NCBI GenBank assembly: GCA_965197925.1
Contig: CBDAOC010000019.1
Coordinates: forward strand, 320,001-384,000
Direction of reading: 5' to 3'
Length of the DNA: 64,000 nucleotides
Source of the DNA: Nitrososphaerales archaeon
GTDB taxonomy: Archaea; Thermoproteota; Nitrososphaeria; Nitrososphaerales; UBA213
Made by a program: the position numbers and the translations under genes. Positions 33,887 through 44,277 of this stretch are shown here, piece by piece (positions within the stretch are counted from its first letter, which is position 1; every line of letters starts with the position of its first letter). The notes under the pieces were generated by a model. The model was not told the origin of the DNA. It was given only the letters and a program-made list of their open reading frames with translations, and made no database searches.

Positions 33887-35221
33887 CTAATACCTTGGCC
33901 TACGAAAATATCGTCTGGCACGCTTTCCAATGACACCTTTCGTGACCTTAAATGTCTCCAAACCAGGTATTATTACCCTTACAACCGGGATTCCGATTTC
34001 CTCATCCGTTAAGTTAACTACAACTGCTCTGTCAACTCCAATTTCCTTAAGGTTACGGAGTAGCAGTTGTATATCATCAAGAATGTCAATATTTTCGAAT
34101 GTTCTCACCATATGAAAATTTTCCCTTTTCGAAGAAGGCATGAAAAGCCATGATTTAGTTTCTGCTGTATTACCCATTTCATAATTCATTCTACGAAGAT
34201 CATCCCGGGCTCCTTGGATATTAGCAGCCCTGGTCTGCGAAACTTCTGTTATTGCCCTTACTAATGCAATTCTTGCATCAGGATGTGTACCATGCCCTTC
34301 AGCCAAGTAGCCATAATCATGTGTAATCCATTGCACGCTTGTAGCGATAAAAGTTGGTATACCAATATCAGTTGTTATATCCTTAAGCAACAGAGGGATA
34401 TTTTCATCTAAGAACCTGCGTAATAATAATTCAATGTGGTTTGAATCTGTTCCAGAAGTATCAATGTCGGGAAAAATATTTGGATCGTCGACATATTCTT
34501 TTGATTCCAGTGGTTTTACATTGAAGCCATTATACTTGACTGAATCAATTAGGGAGCGTAAAACATGAAAATTAATTACGCTTGATCTAAGTTCGGCCAA
34601 GCTGACCGCGTCTCTCTCTATTACTTCACATAAGGCATGGCATATAGCCTCCTCCATAACATTACCAGATGCTAAACCATTGGTGTGAGAGAACTGGAAG
34701 GGATTAACGGGAATACCCCAAGGTTCATATCTTGATTGGCTAATACCTGCAGGAACAAAGACTTTCTCAGCCGTAAATAAATCCATACCTACCATGAAAT
34801 CTAGAGGGGAATCATCAACATAAGGAAACTTTAACGGCTCAAGCACATCATCTGGATGTATAACATATTTATTTCCATATTCTTTTGCCATGCTCTCATA
34901 GCTTTCAGTGATGTACCTATCGGTTTTCCTTGGTAGTGAACTATACCTCTCAACACTCTCCATTAATGCGCTTGTTTTTGCATGTGATTTAGTTGGCCCT
35001 TTACCGCTGTAAACCCAAATGTAATCCTGAGTACCAGGCAAAACTGCTGAATAATTCGGAATTCTTAGAACATCCATATGTGTAATATCAGCCAACCTTG
35101 TCACCCCAATTTTCTTACCAATTTGTTCTGCATGTGATAGCGTATCTTTTATTGGATATACTCTTGAGGAACCATCTGCCCACTTTCTTCTACTCTGAAG
35201 CTGTATAATGCCTCTTGACAT
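33887..35221 (-). CDS. ycaO: YcaO-family protein, TfuA-associated (thioamide-forming) type
   Basis: GVTRLADIT, SGKG, ALMESVERY, TNGLASGN, EVIERDA, RAITEVSQTR, VVRVIIPGLE. Confidence 0.95.
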   Translation of the reverse strand: MSRGIIQLQSRRKWADGSSRVYPIKDTLSHAEQIGKKIGVTRLADITHMDVLRIPNYSAVLPGTQDYIWVYSGKGPTKSHAKTSALMESVERYSSLPRKTDRYITESYESMAKEYGNKYVIHPDDVLEPLKFPYVDDSPLDFMVGMDLFTAEKVFVPAGISQSRYEPWGIPVNPFQFSHTNGLASGNVMEEAICHALCEVIERDAVSLAELRSSVINFHVLRSLIDSVKYNGFNVKPLESKEYVDDPNIFPDIDTSGTDSNHIELLLRRFLDENIPLLLKDITTDIGIPTFIATSVQWITHDYGYLAEGHGTHPDARIALVRAITEVSQTRAANIQGARDDLRRMNYEMGNTAETKSWLFMPSSKRENFHMVRTFENIDILDDIQLLLRNLKEIGVDRAVVVNLTDEEIGIPVVRVIIPGLETFKVTKGVIGKRARRYFRRPRY

Positions 35222-35307
35222 GAATTTTATTTTTTTGATGGTTATTAATGTCTATACAAAATACAAAATAATTAATAAGAATAAAAACCAGTTGATCAGA
35301 GATCCTT

Positions 35308-35481
35308 TTGGATAAGAATGAAACAGAGGTTCTGAATTCAATTTTTACTAAGATGGCGAAAGATCCTGAATTTAGGAACAAATTATTCAATGAACCATTG
35401 GAAGTTCTTGCAAAATTCGAAATATCTGAAAAGGCAAAAAACCTAATAGCGGATACCATCAATAATATTCTTAACCAATGA
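35308..35481 (+). CDS. 57-aa NHLP-clan (Os1348-like) peptide, divergent from ycaO (not in ORF track)
   Basis: MDKNETEVLNSIFTKMAKDPEFRNKLFNEPLEVLAKFEISEKAKNLIADTINNILNQ; hallmark DPEFRxxL..P..VL..F.IS. Confidence 0.75.
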   Translation: MDKNETEVLNSIFTKMAKDPEFRNKLFNEPLEVLAKFEISEKAKNLIADTINNILNQ

Positions 35482-35701
35482 TTGAATTAGATTTGTTTCC
35501 AGATAATTTATTTTGATTCTTATAGCGAAACCTCTCTGAAAAGTTCTACAATAAATTAAACCTGTCATGAACTTGGATTAACATCGACAATACTTTATCA
35601 ATGGAGTCGTAACTGTTTCTGGTGCTATATAGAGAAAGAAATGAACAATTTTCCTAAAATGAATTATTTTAGATTCCAGATATTTATAGAAAATTCACTT
35701 T

Positions 35702-36778
35702 TCAGGAATGACTTTCCTTGAAATAGGGAATGACTTCGTTTCCGAATAGTTCAATATGCTTATAGTAACCGCTTCCCCAAAATCTTATAATAAAATGCTT
35801 TACCCCTGCTTTTATGAATCGCTCGAATATAGGTATAATATCATCAGGTTTGCCCACTGCTATAGCTGATCGTGCGACCTCATCCGGGATGATTTGAGCT
35901 TCTTCTCTCATTTTAATCATAATATCTTTTTTTGACATTGAATACTCCGTAAAGTACTTTCGAAAATCAAATTCAGCTTTAGCTTCAATATTATGAATTT
36001 TTAGGACTTCTGGCTTGTACAAGCTAACTTTAAGGGGATTTTTCAATCTTGGCCATGCCTCTTCTGGGTCATCAGAAAAGTACACATCAATATCTAGACC
36101 AAAGTCTATCTTCTCCGGATCACGCCCAGCCTCTTTTGCAGCATTGGTAATAATCTGTGCATGATGCTCGTACAGTTCCGGTGTATACGCTATCGGTAAC
36201 CAACCATCACCAAACTTTCCTACTAATGAAAGTGTTCTAGGAGCACCGGCCGCCAAATACATAGGAGGTTTAGGATTTCTTATTGATTTGGTTTGTAGAC
36301 AGGCATTATTCAACTTGTAAAACTTTCCGTTGAAACTCACCCTGTTATCAGGAGACGAATTGAAAAGCAATGAGATTATTTGTAATTGTTCCTCAAAACG
36401 ACCTACAGGTTTATCCCACAATATACCAAAGTCATTTATGTTCTGTGCCTCACCAGCACCAATACCAAGTATTGCTCGTCCTTGAGATAATCTATCAAGG
36501 GTAATAGTCTGTAACGCCACGGTAGAGGGATGTCTTCTTACCGCATCCGTAACGCATGTTCCTAATTCAACATTTTTTGTAACCTGAGAAACTACAGAAA
36601 GAAATATCCATGCATCATTTATTATAGCCTTAGACCATTGAGGAACATTAGTATGGTCCATTATCCAGACTGAATCATAGTTCATTTTGTCAGCAAGTAT
36701 ACATGCTGTTAGCTGCTGGTCTTCATTAAGCCCTAACCTAGCAACATTCAGTCCTTGTTGAACCCCAAATTTGACCAT
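35702..36778 (-). CDS. Luciferase-like (LLM) oxidoreductase, probably F420-dependent
   Basis: SVWIMDH, LGTCVT...RRHP, GRAILGIGAGEA, GDGWLP. Confidence 0.9.
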   Translation of the reverse strand: MVKFGVQQGLNVARLGLNEDQQLTACILADKMNYDSVWIMDHTNVPQWSKAIINDAWIFLSVVSQVTKNVELGTCVTDAVRRHPSTVALQTITLDRLSQGRAILGIGAGEAQNINDFGILWDKPVGRFEEQLQIISLLFNSSPDNRVSFNGKFYKLNNACLQTKSIRNPKPPMYLAAGAPRTLSLVGKFGDGWLPIAYTPELYEHHAQIITNAAKEAGRDPEKIDFGLDIDVYFSDDPEEAWPRLKNPLKVSLYKPEVLKIHNIEAKAEFDFRKYFTEYSMSKKDIMIKMREEAQIIPDEVARSAIAVGKPDDIIPIFERFIKAGVKHFIIRFWGSGYYKHIELFGNEVIPYFKESHS

Positions 36779-36790
36779 GAGGGAGCTCCT

Positions 36791-37897
36791 CTATTTTGAT
36801 AATTGCCCACTCGGCGTTACTATTACCTTCATTCCCTTCCTACCCTTCACAACATCAATTGCTTGGTTTATTTCTTTGAGTGGGAATTGATGTGTGACCA
36901 TTTCCACAAAGGGATATTTCTCCCATTTCTTGGACATGAAGTTCACAAATTCATATTCATGTCTTGGTATTTTTGAATAGGAACCTATGATGGATATCTG
37001 TCTGCTGGTTATAAAGTAGGGATTTATCGGAGAAGGTCCATAATCTGCATAAGCACCAAGTTCAAGAACCCTGCCACCATCCCGAACCATATCTATGGCT
37101 TCCGGTAGCGCCTTTGGATTGCCAGTACAATCCATAACCACATCTGGGCCATGCCCTCCACTTGACTCCTTGATTTTTTTTACTCTTTCTTTTTGATCAC
37201 CAAGTGATTTGATATCAATAACTTCATCTGCACCCATTTTCTTTGCAAATTCCAACCTTTCTGCAGAGTCAATACCTATTACGTGCCTAGCACCTCTTTC
37301 TTTAGCCATAATTATTGCAAATGAACCTACAGGACCAGTTCCCTGTACAGCCACAACATCGTCAAAATCTATCCTAACGTTTTCAACTGCAGCTATTACC
37401 GTAGGACCGGCACAACCAACAGAGGCCAATGCTATGGTAGGCAAACTGTCAGGAAGTTTGAATGTTGTAACTTGAGGTGAGAGATAAATATATTCGGCAA
37501 AACCCCCCTCAAGATGAGGTGGTTTATCGGATGGTGTACTCAAACCTATTGCTTTTCTATTTATGCACCTTGTTCTCGTTCCTTTCATACAGTAAAAACA
37601 TCGACCACATGTTATACCCAAAGCCCAGTATATCCTATCCCCCTCTTTAATTGGATTACCAACACTGTCAGTCGTAACACCCTCACCGAGTCTTTCAACG
37701 ATGCCAACGCTTTCATGCCCCAATATTATCGGCACCGGTACCCATGGTACCTTTCCAGAAACTACATGAACATCTGTTCCGCAAATACCTGCACTAATTA
37801 TCTTTGCAAGTATAGCACCTTCTTTTGGTTCAGGTTTGGGAAATTCTTTTAATTCTAATGGCTCATCATTTTTATTGAAGACTGCCGCAAGCACCAT
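36791..37897 (-). CDS. Zinc-binding alcohol dehydrogenase (MDR family)
   Basis: GICGTD, GHESVG, CGRCFYC...C, QGTGPVG. Confidence 0.93.
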   Translation of the reverse strand: MVLAAVFNKNDEPLELKEFPKPEPKEGAILAKIISAGICGTDVHVVSGKVPWVPVPIILGHESVGIVERLGEGVTTDSVGNPIKEGDRIYWALGITCGRCFYCMKGTRTRCINRKAIGLSTPSDKPPHLEGGFAEYIYLSPQVTTFKLPDSLPTIALASVGCAGPTVIAAVENVRIDFDDVVAVQGTGPVGSFAIIMAKERGARHVIGIDSAERLEFAKKMGADEVIDIKSLGDQKERVKKIKESSGGHGPDVVMDCTGNPKALPEAIDMVRDGGRVLELGAYADYGPSPINPYFITSRQISIIGSYSKIPRHEYEFVNFMSKKWEKYPFVEMVTHQFPLKEINQAIDVVKGRKGMKVIVTPSGQLSK

Positions 37898-38002
37898 GTT
37901 ATTGCTTTTTCATTGGCGCAACTATTTAAATATTGTAAACACAACGATTTCCTTTTTTAGTTCAAGATATCTGATTCTCGAGTAAGAAGTAATTATATTT
38001 AA

Positions 38003-38677
38003 ATGGTAAAGATATTCTTGTTCATAATGCAAAGAAAAAGTGAGATTATGGTTAAACAGACCTGTCTTCAAGACATTGATGCCATAGTGGCGTTACAGAA
38101 AGAATCCTTCCCAGGCCTTAGCGAGATAGGTGTTGTCTGGAGACCAGAACATTTGCAAAGACAAATCCAAATATTCCCAGAAGGACAGCATTGTGTAATC
38201 TATAATGGGGAAACTGTAGGTTCAGCAAGCAGTTTAATTGTGGATTTAGGAGATGACCAATATAGGTACCATACTTGGAAGGAGGTCACCGGGGATAGTT
38301 TCTTTGACAATCACAATGCAAAAGGTGATAGTCTGTATAGAGCTGACATTTCTGTGCATCCAAAGTATCGAAGACTAAATATCGCTACTAGGATGTATCA
38401 AGCAAGAAAAGCGCTTGCAAAAAAACTGAACTTAAGAAGGATCATTGCAGGTGGAAAACTCTACAATTACTGTGAATACACTTCTGAAATGTCTGCTGAT
38501 GAGTATACACTCAAAGTTTTGAAAGGCGAGATCTCAGATCCTGTGTTGTGCTTCCAGTTGAAAGCCGGTTTCAAAGTGATCAAATTATTACCCAACTACT
38601 TGCGTGATCCACGGTCCTTAAATTTTGCTACATTTATAGAATGGATAAATCCGGATTATAAAATGAAAACAAGATGA
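38003..38677 (+). CDS. GNAT acetyltransferase of the type fused or paired with carbon-nitrogen hydrolases
   Basis: FPEGQ, DISVHPKYRR, IIAGG, DPVL.FQL..GF. Confidence 0.88.
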   Translation: MVKIFLFIMQRKSEIMVKQTCLQDIDAIVALQKESFPGLSEIGVVWRPEHLQRQIQIFPEGQHCVIYNGETVGSASSLIVDLGDDQYRYHTWKEVTGDSFFDNHNAKGDSLYRADISVHPKYRRLNIATRMYQARKALAKKLNLRRIIAGGKLYNYCEYTSEMSADEYTLKVLKGEISDPVLCFQLKAGFKVIKLLPNYLRDPRSLNFATFIEWINPDYKMKTR

Positions 38678-39556
38678 ATAGTAAATCAATTAGAGTTGCA
38701 TTGGTTCAGTATGGAATGCGGAAAATCAGTAATTTTGGAGAATTCTCAATCCAGGTAGAGTATTTCGTTTCAACGGCAAAAGATTACAAGGCTGATTATG
38801 TTATTTTTCCAGAGCTTTTAACTCAACAGCTTTTATCCTTTATAAGAGCAAAAGATCCTCAAGTTGCAATACGACGTGTTGCCAGTTATACAAGAGATTA
38901 TATCCAAACATTCAAAAGATTGGCGAAGGAGTACAAGTTATTCGTTATTGGAGGTTCCCACCCGACCCCAGTAAATGGGGGACCACAATACATCATATCT
39001 GTTTACGCCTTCTGGCAAATATTACAGACAAGATAAGATGCATATTACTCCTGACGAGCGGATTTGGTAGGGGTTCAAAGGAGGTAATTCCTTCAATATC
39101 TTTGATACGGGAAAGGCAAAGATCGCCATATCGATCTGTTATGATATTGAATTTCCTGAAATTGCCAGGATATTGAGCTCTAGGGGAGTTCAAGCTATAT
39201 TTGTTCCCTTTATGACCGATGAGAGAAAGGCCTATCTACGCATTAGATATTGTGCACATGCGCGAGCAATAGAAAACCAGATTTATGTCGCGATGGCTGG
39301 CACGGTCGGTAATTTACCACATTCTGAACATATGGATTTACAATATGCGCAGTCTGCAGTGGTTACCCCATCAGACTTTCCATTTGCGAGGGACGGGGTT
39401 GCCGCTGAGGCTAGCCTAAATACAGAAACGATGGTTGTTTGCGATCTTGATTTGGGACTTCTGCAAAAAGCCAGAAACAATGGTACAGTTACTCAAATGA
39501 AAGATCTCAGGCGAGATCTATACAATCTTTCAATAAATGCAATAAACTGCAATTGA
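38674..39556 (+). pseudogene. Nitrilase/carbon-nitrogen hydrolase pseudogene
   Basis: FPEL, QDKMHITP, ICYDIEFPE, ARAIENQ; frameshift near 38980 and in-frame TAG at 39068. Confidence 0.88.
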
Positions 39557-39646
39557 ACAGTTTTAAGACTAGTCAACATATCATCATACAATTATCAATT
39601 TTCGTTGAATATCTGCATAAAAAATATACATTTAAAAGGTAAAATA

Positions 39647-39859
39647 ATGTTAATCAAAGCCGATGAGGAATTTATGAAAATGGTTGATGAACTTGTCGGG
39701 TTAGCTGAGACCGACGAAGAATTGTGTGCTGGAATAAAATGGATTGATAATGAATCAAAGAAATTGGAAATCTCATTTTACGACATGTTCCTAATCGTTA
39801 TACAGAGACATATTGCCGACGAAAAGGCCAAAGAGTGGTTAAAAGGAAGACATTCATAG
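39647..39859 (+). CDS. Small hypothetical protein
   Basis: 70-aa ORF, DEELCAGIKWIDN......ISFYDM. Confidence 0.7.
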   Translation: MLIKADEEFMKMVDELVGLAETDEELCAGIKWIDNESKKLEISFYDMFLIVIQRHIADEKAKEWLKGRHS

Positions 39860-39863
39860 GAAG

Positions 39864-41033
39864 CTATGATCTTCGTTTTTGAAGAGGTAAGAACTCACAC
39901 CCTAAAGGACCACAGTATTTACCTACATATGAAGCAGTTGGTCTATACAGCATAGGTTTTGGCTGTGCTTCAGCAAACTTCTCTTCTATAACATGGGCAG
40001 TCCATCCAGCCATTCTTGCCATAGCAAATATGGATGTGTTGAGATCGAGCTCTATACCTATCATATAGTATACCGATGCAGAGTACAAATCAACATTGGC
40101 AAATATATTTACTTTCTTTCTTTTCTTCATCTCCTTTTTTGTGACATCCTCTAGTTTTTTCGAAATATCATACCATGGAGATTTCAGTTTTGTAGCAAGT
40201 TGTCTAGACATCTCCCTTAAGACCACCGCCCGTGGATCATCCGTTTTGTAAACAGCGTGACCCATTCCCATTATTCTTTTACCCTCATCAAATTTTGTCC
40301 GCACCCAGTCTTCCACATTTTCCACCTTGCCTATTTTTAGTAACGCCTTCATGACTTTGACGTTAGCACCCCCATGCAATTCTCCAGATAGGGCTCCGAT
40401 GGCAGCAGCTATTGAAGCATACATATGTGCCCTAGTTGACACTACCTCACGGGCAGCAAAAGTTGAAGCATTAAAACTATGCTCAGTATGCAGAATTAAA
40501 CATATATCAAGATTTTTTACAATTTCTTCACTAGGTTCTTTACCAGTAAGCATGTACAGAAAGTTCGCTGAATGATCAAGTTTCTTTGAAGGTTTAACTA
40601 GAGGTAAGTTTTTCCTAATTCTGGACCATGCTGCTATCATTGTGGGAAAACTGGCTAAAAGATTAATTGCCCTCTCATGGTTAGCCTCTTTTGAATCATC
40701 GGCAATGTTTTCATCATAATCAGCAAGCATTGAAACGCAGGATTGAAACACATCCATAGACAATGCCGATTTTGGCCTATCCTGCATGGATCTCACTAAT
40801 GATGATGGGAGATTCCTTTTCGAAATTAATTTAGATTTGAAATTCTCAATATCAGCCTTTGTAGGTAAGTCACCAAATAACAAGAGATACGCCGTTTCTT
40901 CAAAGTTTGTATTTCTTACTAAATCAAATATATCAAATCCACGGTAGATTAATCTACCATTCCTTGAGTCTATAGCACAGATCTTTGTATCTGCAACCTC
41001 AATATTTCTTAAGCCTATGTTCTTCGCGCTCAA
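39864..41033 (-). CDS. gltA: Citrate synthase
   Basis: LHTEHSFNASTF, GELHGGAN, MGMGHAVYK, ANVDLYS. Confidence 0.95.
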   Translation of the reverse strand: MSAKNIGLRNIEVADTKICAIDSRNGRLIYRGFDIFDLVRNTNFEETAYLLLFGDLPTKADIENFKSKLISKRNLPSSLVRSMQDRPKSALSMDVFQSCVSMLADYDENIADDSKEANHERAINLLASFPTMIAAWSRIRKNLPLVKPSKKLDHSANFLYMLTGKEPSEEIVKNLDICLILHTEHSFNASTFAAREVVSTRAHMYASIAAAIGALSGELHGGANVKVMKALLKIGKVENVEDWVRTKFDEGKRIMGMGHAVYKTDDPRAVVLREMSRQLATKLKSPWYDISKKLEDVTKKEMKKRKKVNIFANVDLYSASVYYMIGIELDLNTSIFAMARMAGWTAHVIEEKFAEAQPKPMLYRPTASYVGKYCGPLGCEFLPLQKRRS

Positions 41034-41390
41034 GATAATAGTTATAGCATTTCTTTCTATATTAAGGTGGTGTGTTTTATTAGCTATAGATTGATGAACT
41101 CATGTAACAAAATTGTTTGACCAAAAATACATATTTCCAGTATATTGAGATAATCAAAGACAGGTAGAAAGGGATTAGATCAATTTGCACAATGAATTTA
41201 GTATATAACGTTATCTACATTATCCACCAGGCTATCAATCGATGAACTTTATTAGACAGATTTATTATCTAAGGAATTAACATGCCATTGTGAAAATCGA
41301 ATTTAAGAATGTTTTCGATTAGACTTGCATTAGCCTAAACAAATGCTTGTTAAGTAATTCCCAAAATAACATATACTATGGTTCTGCTTA

Positions 41391-42396
41391 GAGCCTATCC
41401 TAAAATTCTAGCTGATAGTTAATGATTGGTAGAAATAATATCATTTAGAATGCAAGAATATTAGTTCAAACTGTCAGGTTTAGTTTTCTTACTATTGATT
41501 TTATTAGTATTGTAGATAGTAGATACTAGAAACAGTTGCATTAACGTGTTTATGACACTACCAATATATCGCTCTATACACTATTAGGCAGTTAGCAAAT
41601 TCTACTAGCGCCTGATAATTTTCCTCTCTCTTCTCGAACCTTACCAATAACTTTCTGAACCTGTTATGCCAAGATGCGGTTCTTTCTACAACCCATCTCT
41701 TTGCTTTGTACAAATTCTTTTTCAATACTTCACCCTTATGACGAATGTGATCCACATATCCCCTTCCTAACTCCATATTTCATACTCCATACTCTATCTC
41801 AGGGAAATCATATCCCTTATCTATGCATATGTTCTGTTTAACTTTGGGCCTATCAACAACAATGCTACCTAATGCAGGAAAGGCTGATTTCATATCGTGT
41901 TTATTTGCTTCAGTAACTTGGATGAGGGAGGTACTCCTCTTCTATCAACCGGCATGTGACGTTTGGTACCTAGCTTGCCCTGTCCGTTGGGTTTGCTCCG
42001 GTCGTTTTCCCCCTAATGGACCCTTCAGTAACGCTATCCATGGATTGCCAGTCCCATCCCATGCTCTTCAATTCATCACATATTTCCAGCAGCCTCTTCC
42101 ATGCCTTCCCGAATACTCCCATGCCAACCCATTCCTGAAATCTTGCATGGCAAGTTGAGCCAGAACCAAATTCTTTCGGCACCTTCTTCCACTGGCATCC
42201 GGTTCTTAATACGTACAGTATTCCATTCAACACTTTTCTAAATGGCACAGCCGGTCTTCCAACTGTTCTTGCTGGTTTCTCTGGTGGCAACACTAGTTTG
42301 AACTCTACCTATAGATCATTTGGTATATGCCATATGGTCGACATGCTCTTTTTCTTTGATTTTCTCACAAATTTAGCTAGAGAGGACAGATCTAGA
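41391..42396 (-). mobile_element. IS5 family C copy 2, lacking its left end
   Basis: Right TIR GAGCCTATCCTAAAATT at 41391; homology stops at 42396. Confidence 0.9.
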
Positions 42397-42537
42397 ATTT
42401 TCAAGAATAATGTAAAACATCATGGAATTAAATTTAATTGCCGATGTTATTGGTAATATCCCACCATGAAAATAATGATTTAAATTATATCCCCATGATG
42501 AAAAAATAATGAATAAACTAACAATACCTAGTATATT

Positions 42538-43435
42538 CAACTCATCTCAAAACCCTACAATACATCAAAAATGATGCAAGATTAACAAATGCCAGGTAGT
42601 TTTCTGCCGTTCTTTCATATCTGATTCTTGTTCTGTGAAATCCATTCTTGAGCCATGCAAGGAATCTCTCAACTACAAATCTTGTCTTGCTGTAATGTTT
42701 GCAATCATTATTTTGCAAGATGAACTTGGAATTTATTTTGTATGGGATGCAACATGCAATATTTCTATCCCACAAATACATTCTGATGTATTTTGCATCA
42801 TTTTGTCTGCATAAACTGGTTCTATCTGTTGTATTGAATCATCATCAAGATAGTCTGAAATTGATCCTGTAACATCCATGCATTTTGTACTGTCATGTTC
42901 ATTTGCTGGACTCAACAGTATGGATATTGGAAATCCGTTACCCTCTACTGCGGCATGTATTTTTGTACCTGTTATTCTCTTGAATCCATTATATCCAGTT
43001 ACATTGCCCCTTTTTTATCAGGAATGGATGAAGAGTCAACTGATATTTTTTGTAGATTAATTTTGCCAGATTTATGTGCTGAGTGAATAGTACGTGATAG
43101 AATCTTTTTCCAGATTCCTTTTTGTTGCCATTTGTTTAACCTTCTGTTTGCAGATTTGTTTAACCTTCTGTTTGCAGTAGAATCATCACCATATCTTTTT
43201 GGCATATCGTCCCATCGGCATCCAGTAGTTAGAACATGGATTATTCCGTTAATGATTTTTCTATCATCATCCCTAGGCCTGCCAGTTTTTGCATGTGGTG
43301 GTATGTGTGATTCCATCATACTCCACTGTTTGTCTGATAATTCTTGGAATTTCATAAAATAATTTTAGATGTCGCTATTCATGGATCTAAATGGTCGCTA
43401 AAAATTGTCTAAATGGTTAGTTTTGAGGTGAGTTG
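42538..43435 (-). mobile_element. IS5 family A copy 3 (defective; 24-bp internal duplication in orfA)
   Basis: Same TIRs as 8023-8902; ANRRLNK duplicated. Confidence 0.93.
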
Positions 43436-43963
43436 AACGTTAAAAATTATTCCTAAGATTCGAATGTAGTGTGAGTGTTAAGATGGAAATTCCACCATTT
43501 TTATTGTGAAATTCCTTAGTGTTTCAAGGTGTAGGTAAAGGACATTTCTCCATGTAAATAATGTATTCAATATTCAAATGTTTTGTATTGTAGCTGCTCA
43601 TTGAGTTCAAATTGAGTTCAAAGAGGAAATCATTGACTTTTAGTGTTCATGAATATCTAAGCAAATAAACTAAAGCTTCCTGATATAGACTAGGCATTTG
43701 GCTTGAAAGGACGGGAAAGATGGTTAATCTGGAAAATAAGCAATGGAATCTCTATCAGAGTTAATCTGTGGGCTTGGTATTGTAAATACATCTGTAAAGA
43801 AGAGTTGATGATCGTAAAATGCAGGGGAACCTTACCATATTAGGATTAATGGTTTACTTCCCAAGTCTCGTTTATTTTTTATTTTAACGCTAACCTAAAA
43901 CCAAAGAATATCCTGAAATGTTTAATATGAAACATTAATATAATTTCTTGAGGAATGTAAATT

Positions 43964-44182
43964 ATGTCTCTTTGGTTGTACGTTACTGTGGGACTATTGG
44001 TTTTGATAGCTATTATCGTAGTCATGAAAGCTGATTCCAATCCAATGAGAAGTTTTAAACATAAAACTGAACTGATTACCAATGTAACATACATTTGCTC
44101 CCATTGTGGTAATTCTTTCAAAGGGGCCAAATGTCCAACTTGTGGCTCTAACAATTGGCGAGGAGAGATTGGTAGCATATAA
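43964..44182 (+). CDS. Small membrane-anchored zinc-ribbon protein
   Basis: N-terminal TM; CSHCG...CPTCGS. Confidence 0.8.
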   Translation: MSLWLYVTVGLLVLIAIIVVMKADSNPMRSFKHKTELITNVTYICSHCGNSFKGAKCPTCGSNNWRGEIGSI

Positions 44183-44189
44183 AGTAACA

Positions 44190-44277
44190 AGCCTCGGGCG
44201 GGCCTTGATCCCGCGACCTAGCGCTTACAAGGCGCTCGCTTTTGGTGAAGATCTCTACCAGGCTGAGCTACCGAGGC
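44190..44277 (-). tRNA. tRNA-Thr(TGT) with a 14-nt non-canonical D-arm intron (about 44240-44253)
   Basis: GCCTCGG/CCGAGGC acceptor; AGCGC-CTTGTAA-GCGCT; D stem GCTC/GA^GC interrupted. Confidence 0.85.

Noticed and set aside
35190..35462. 90-aa minus-strand ORF as the YcaO precursor
   Set aside because: It is the antisense shadow of the better-supported plus-strand NHLP-like ORF.
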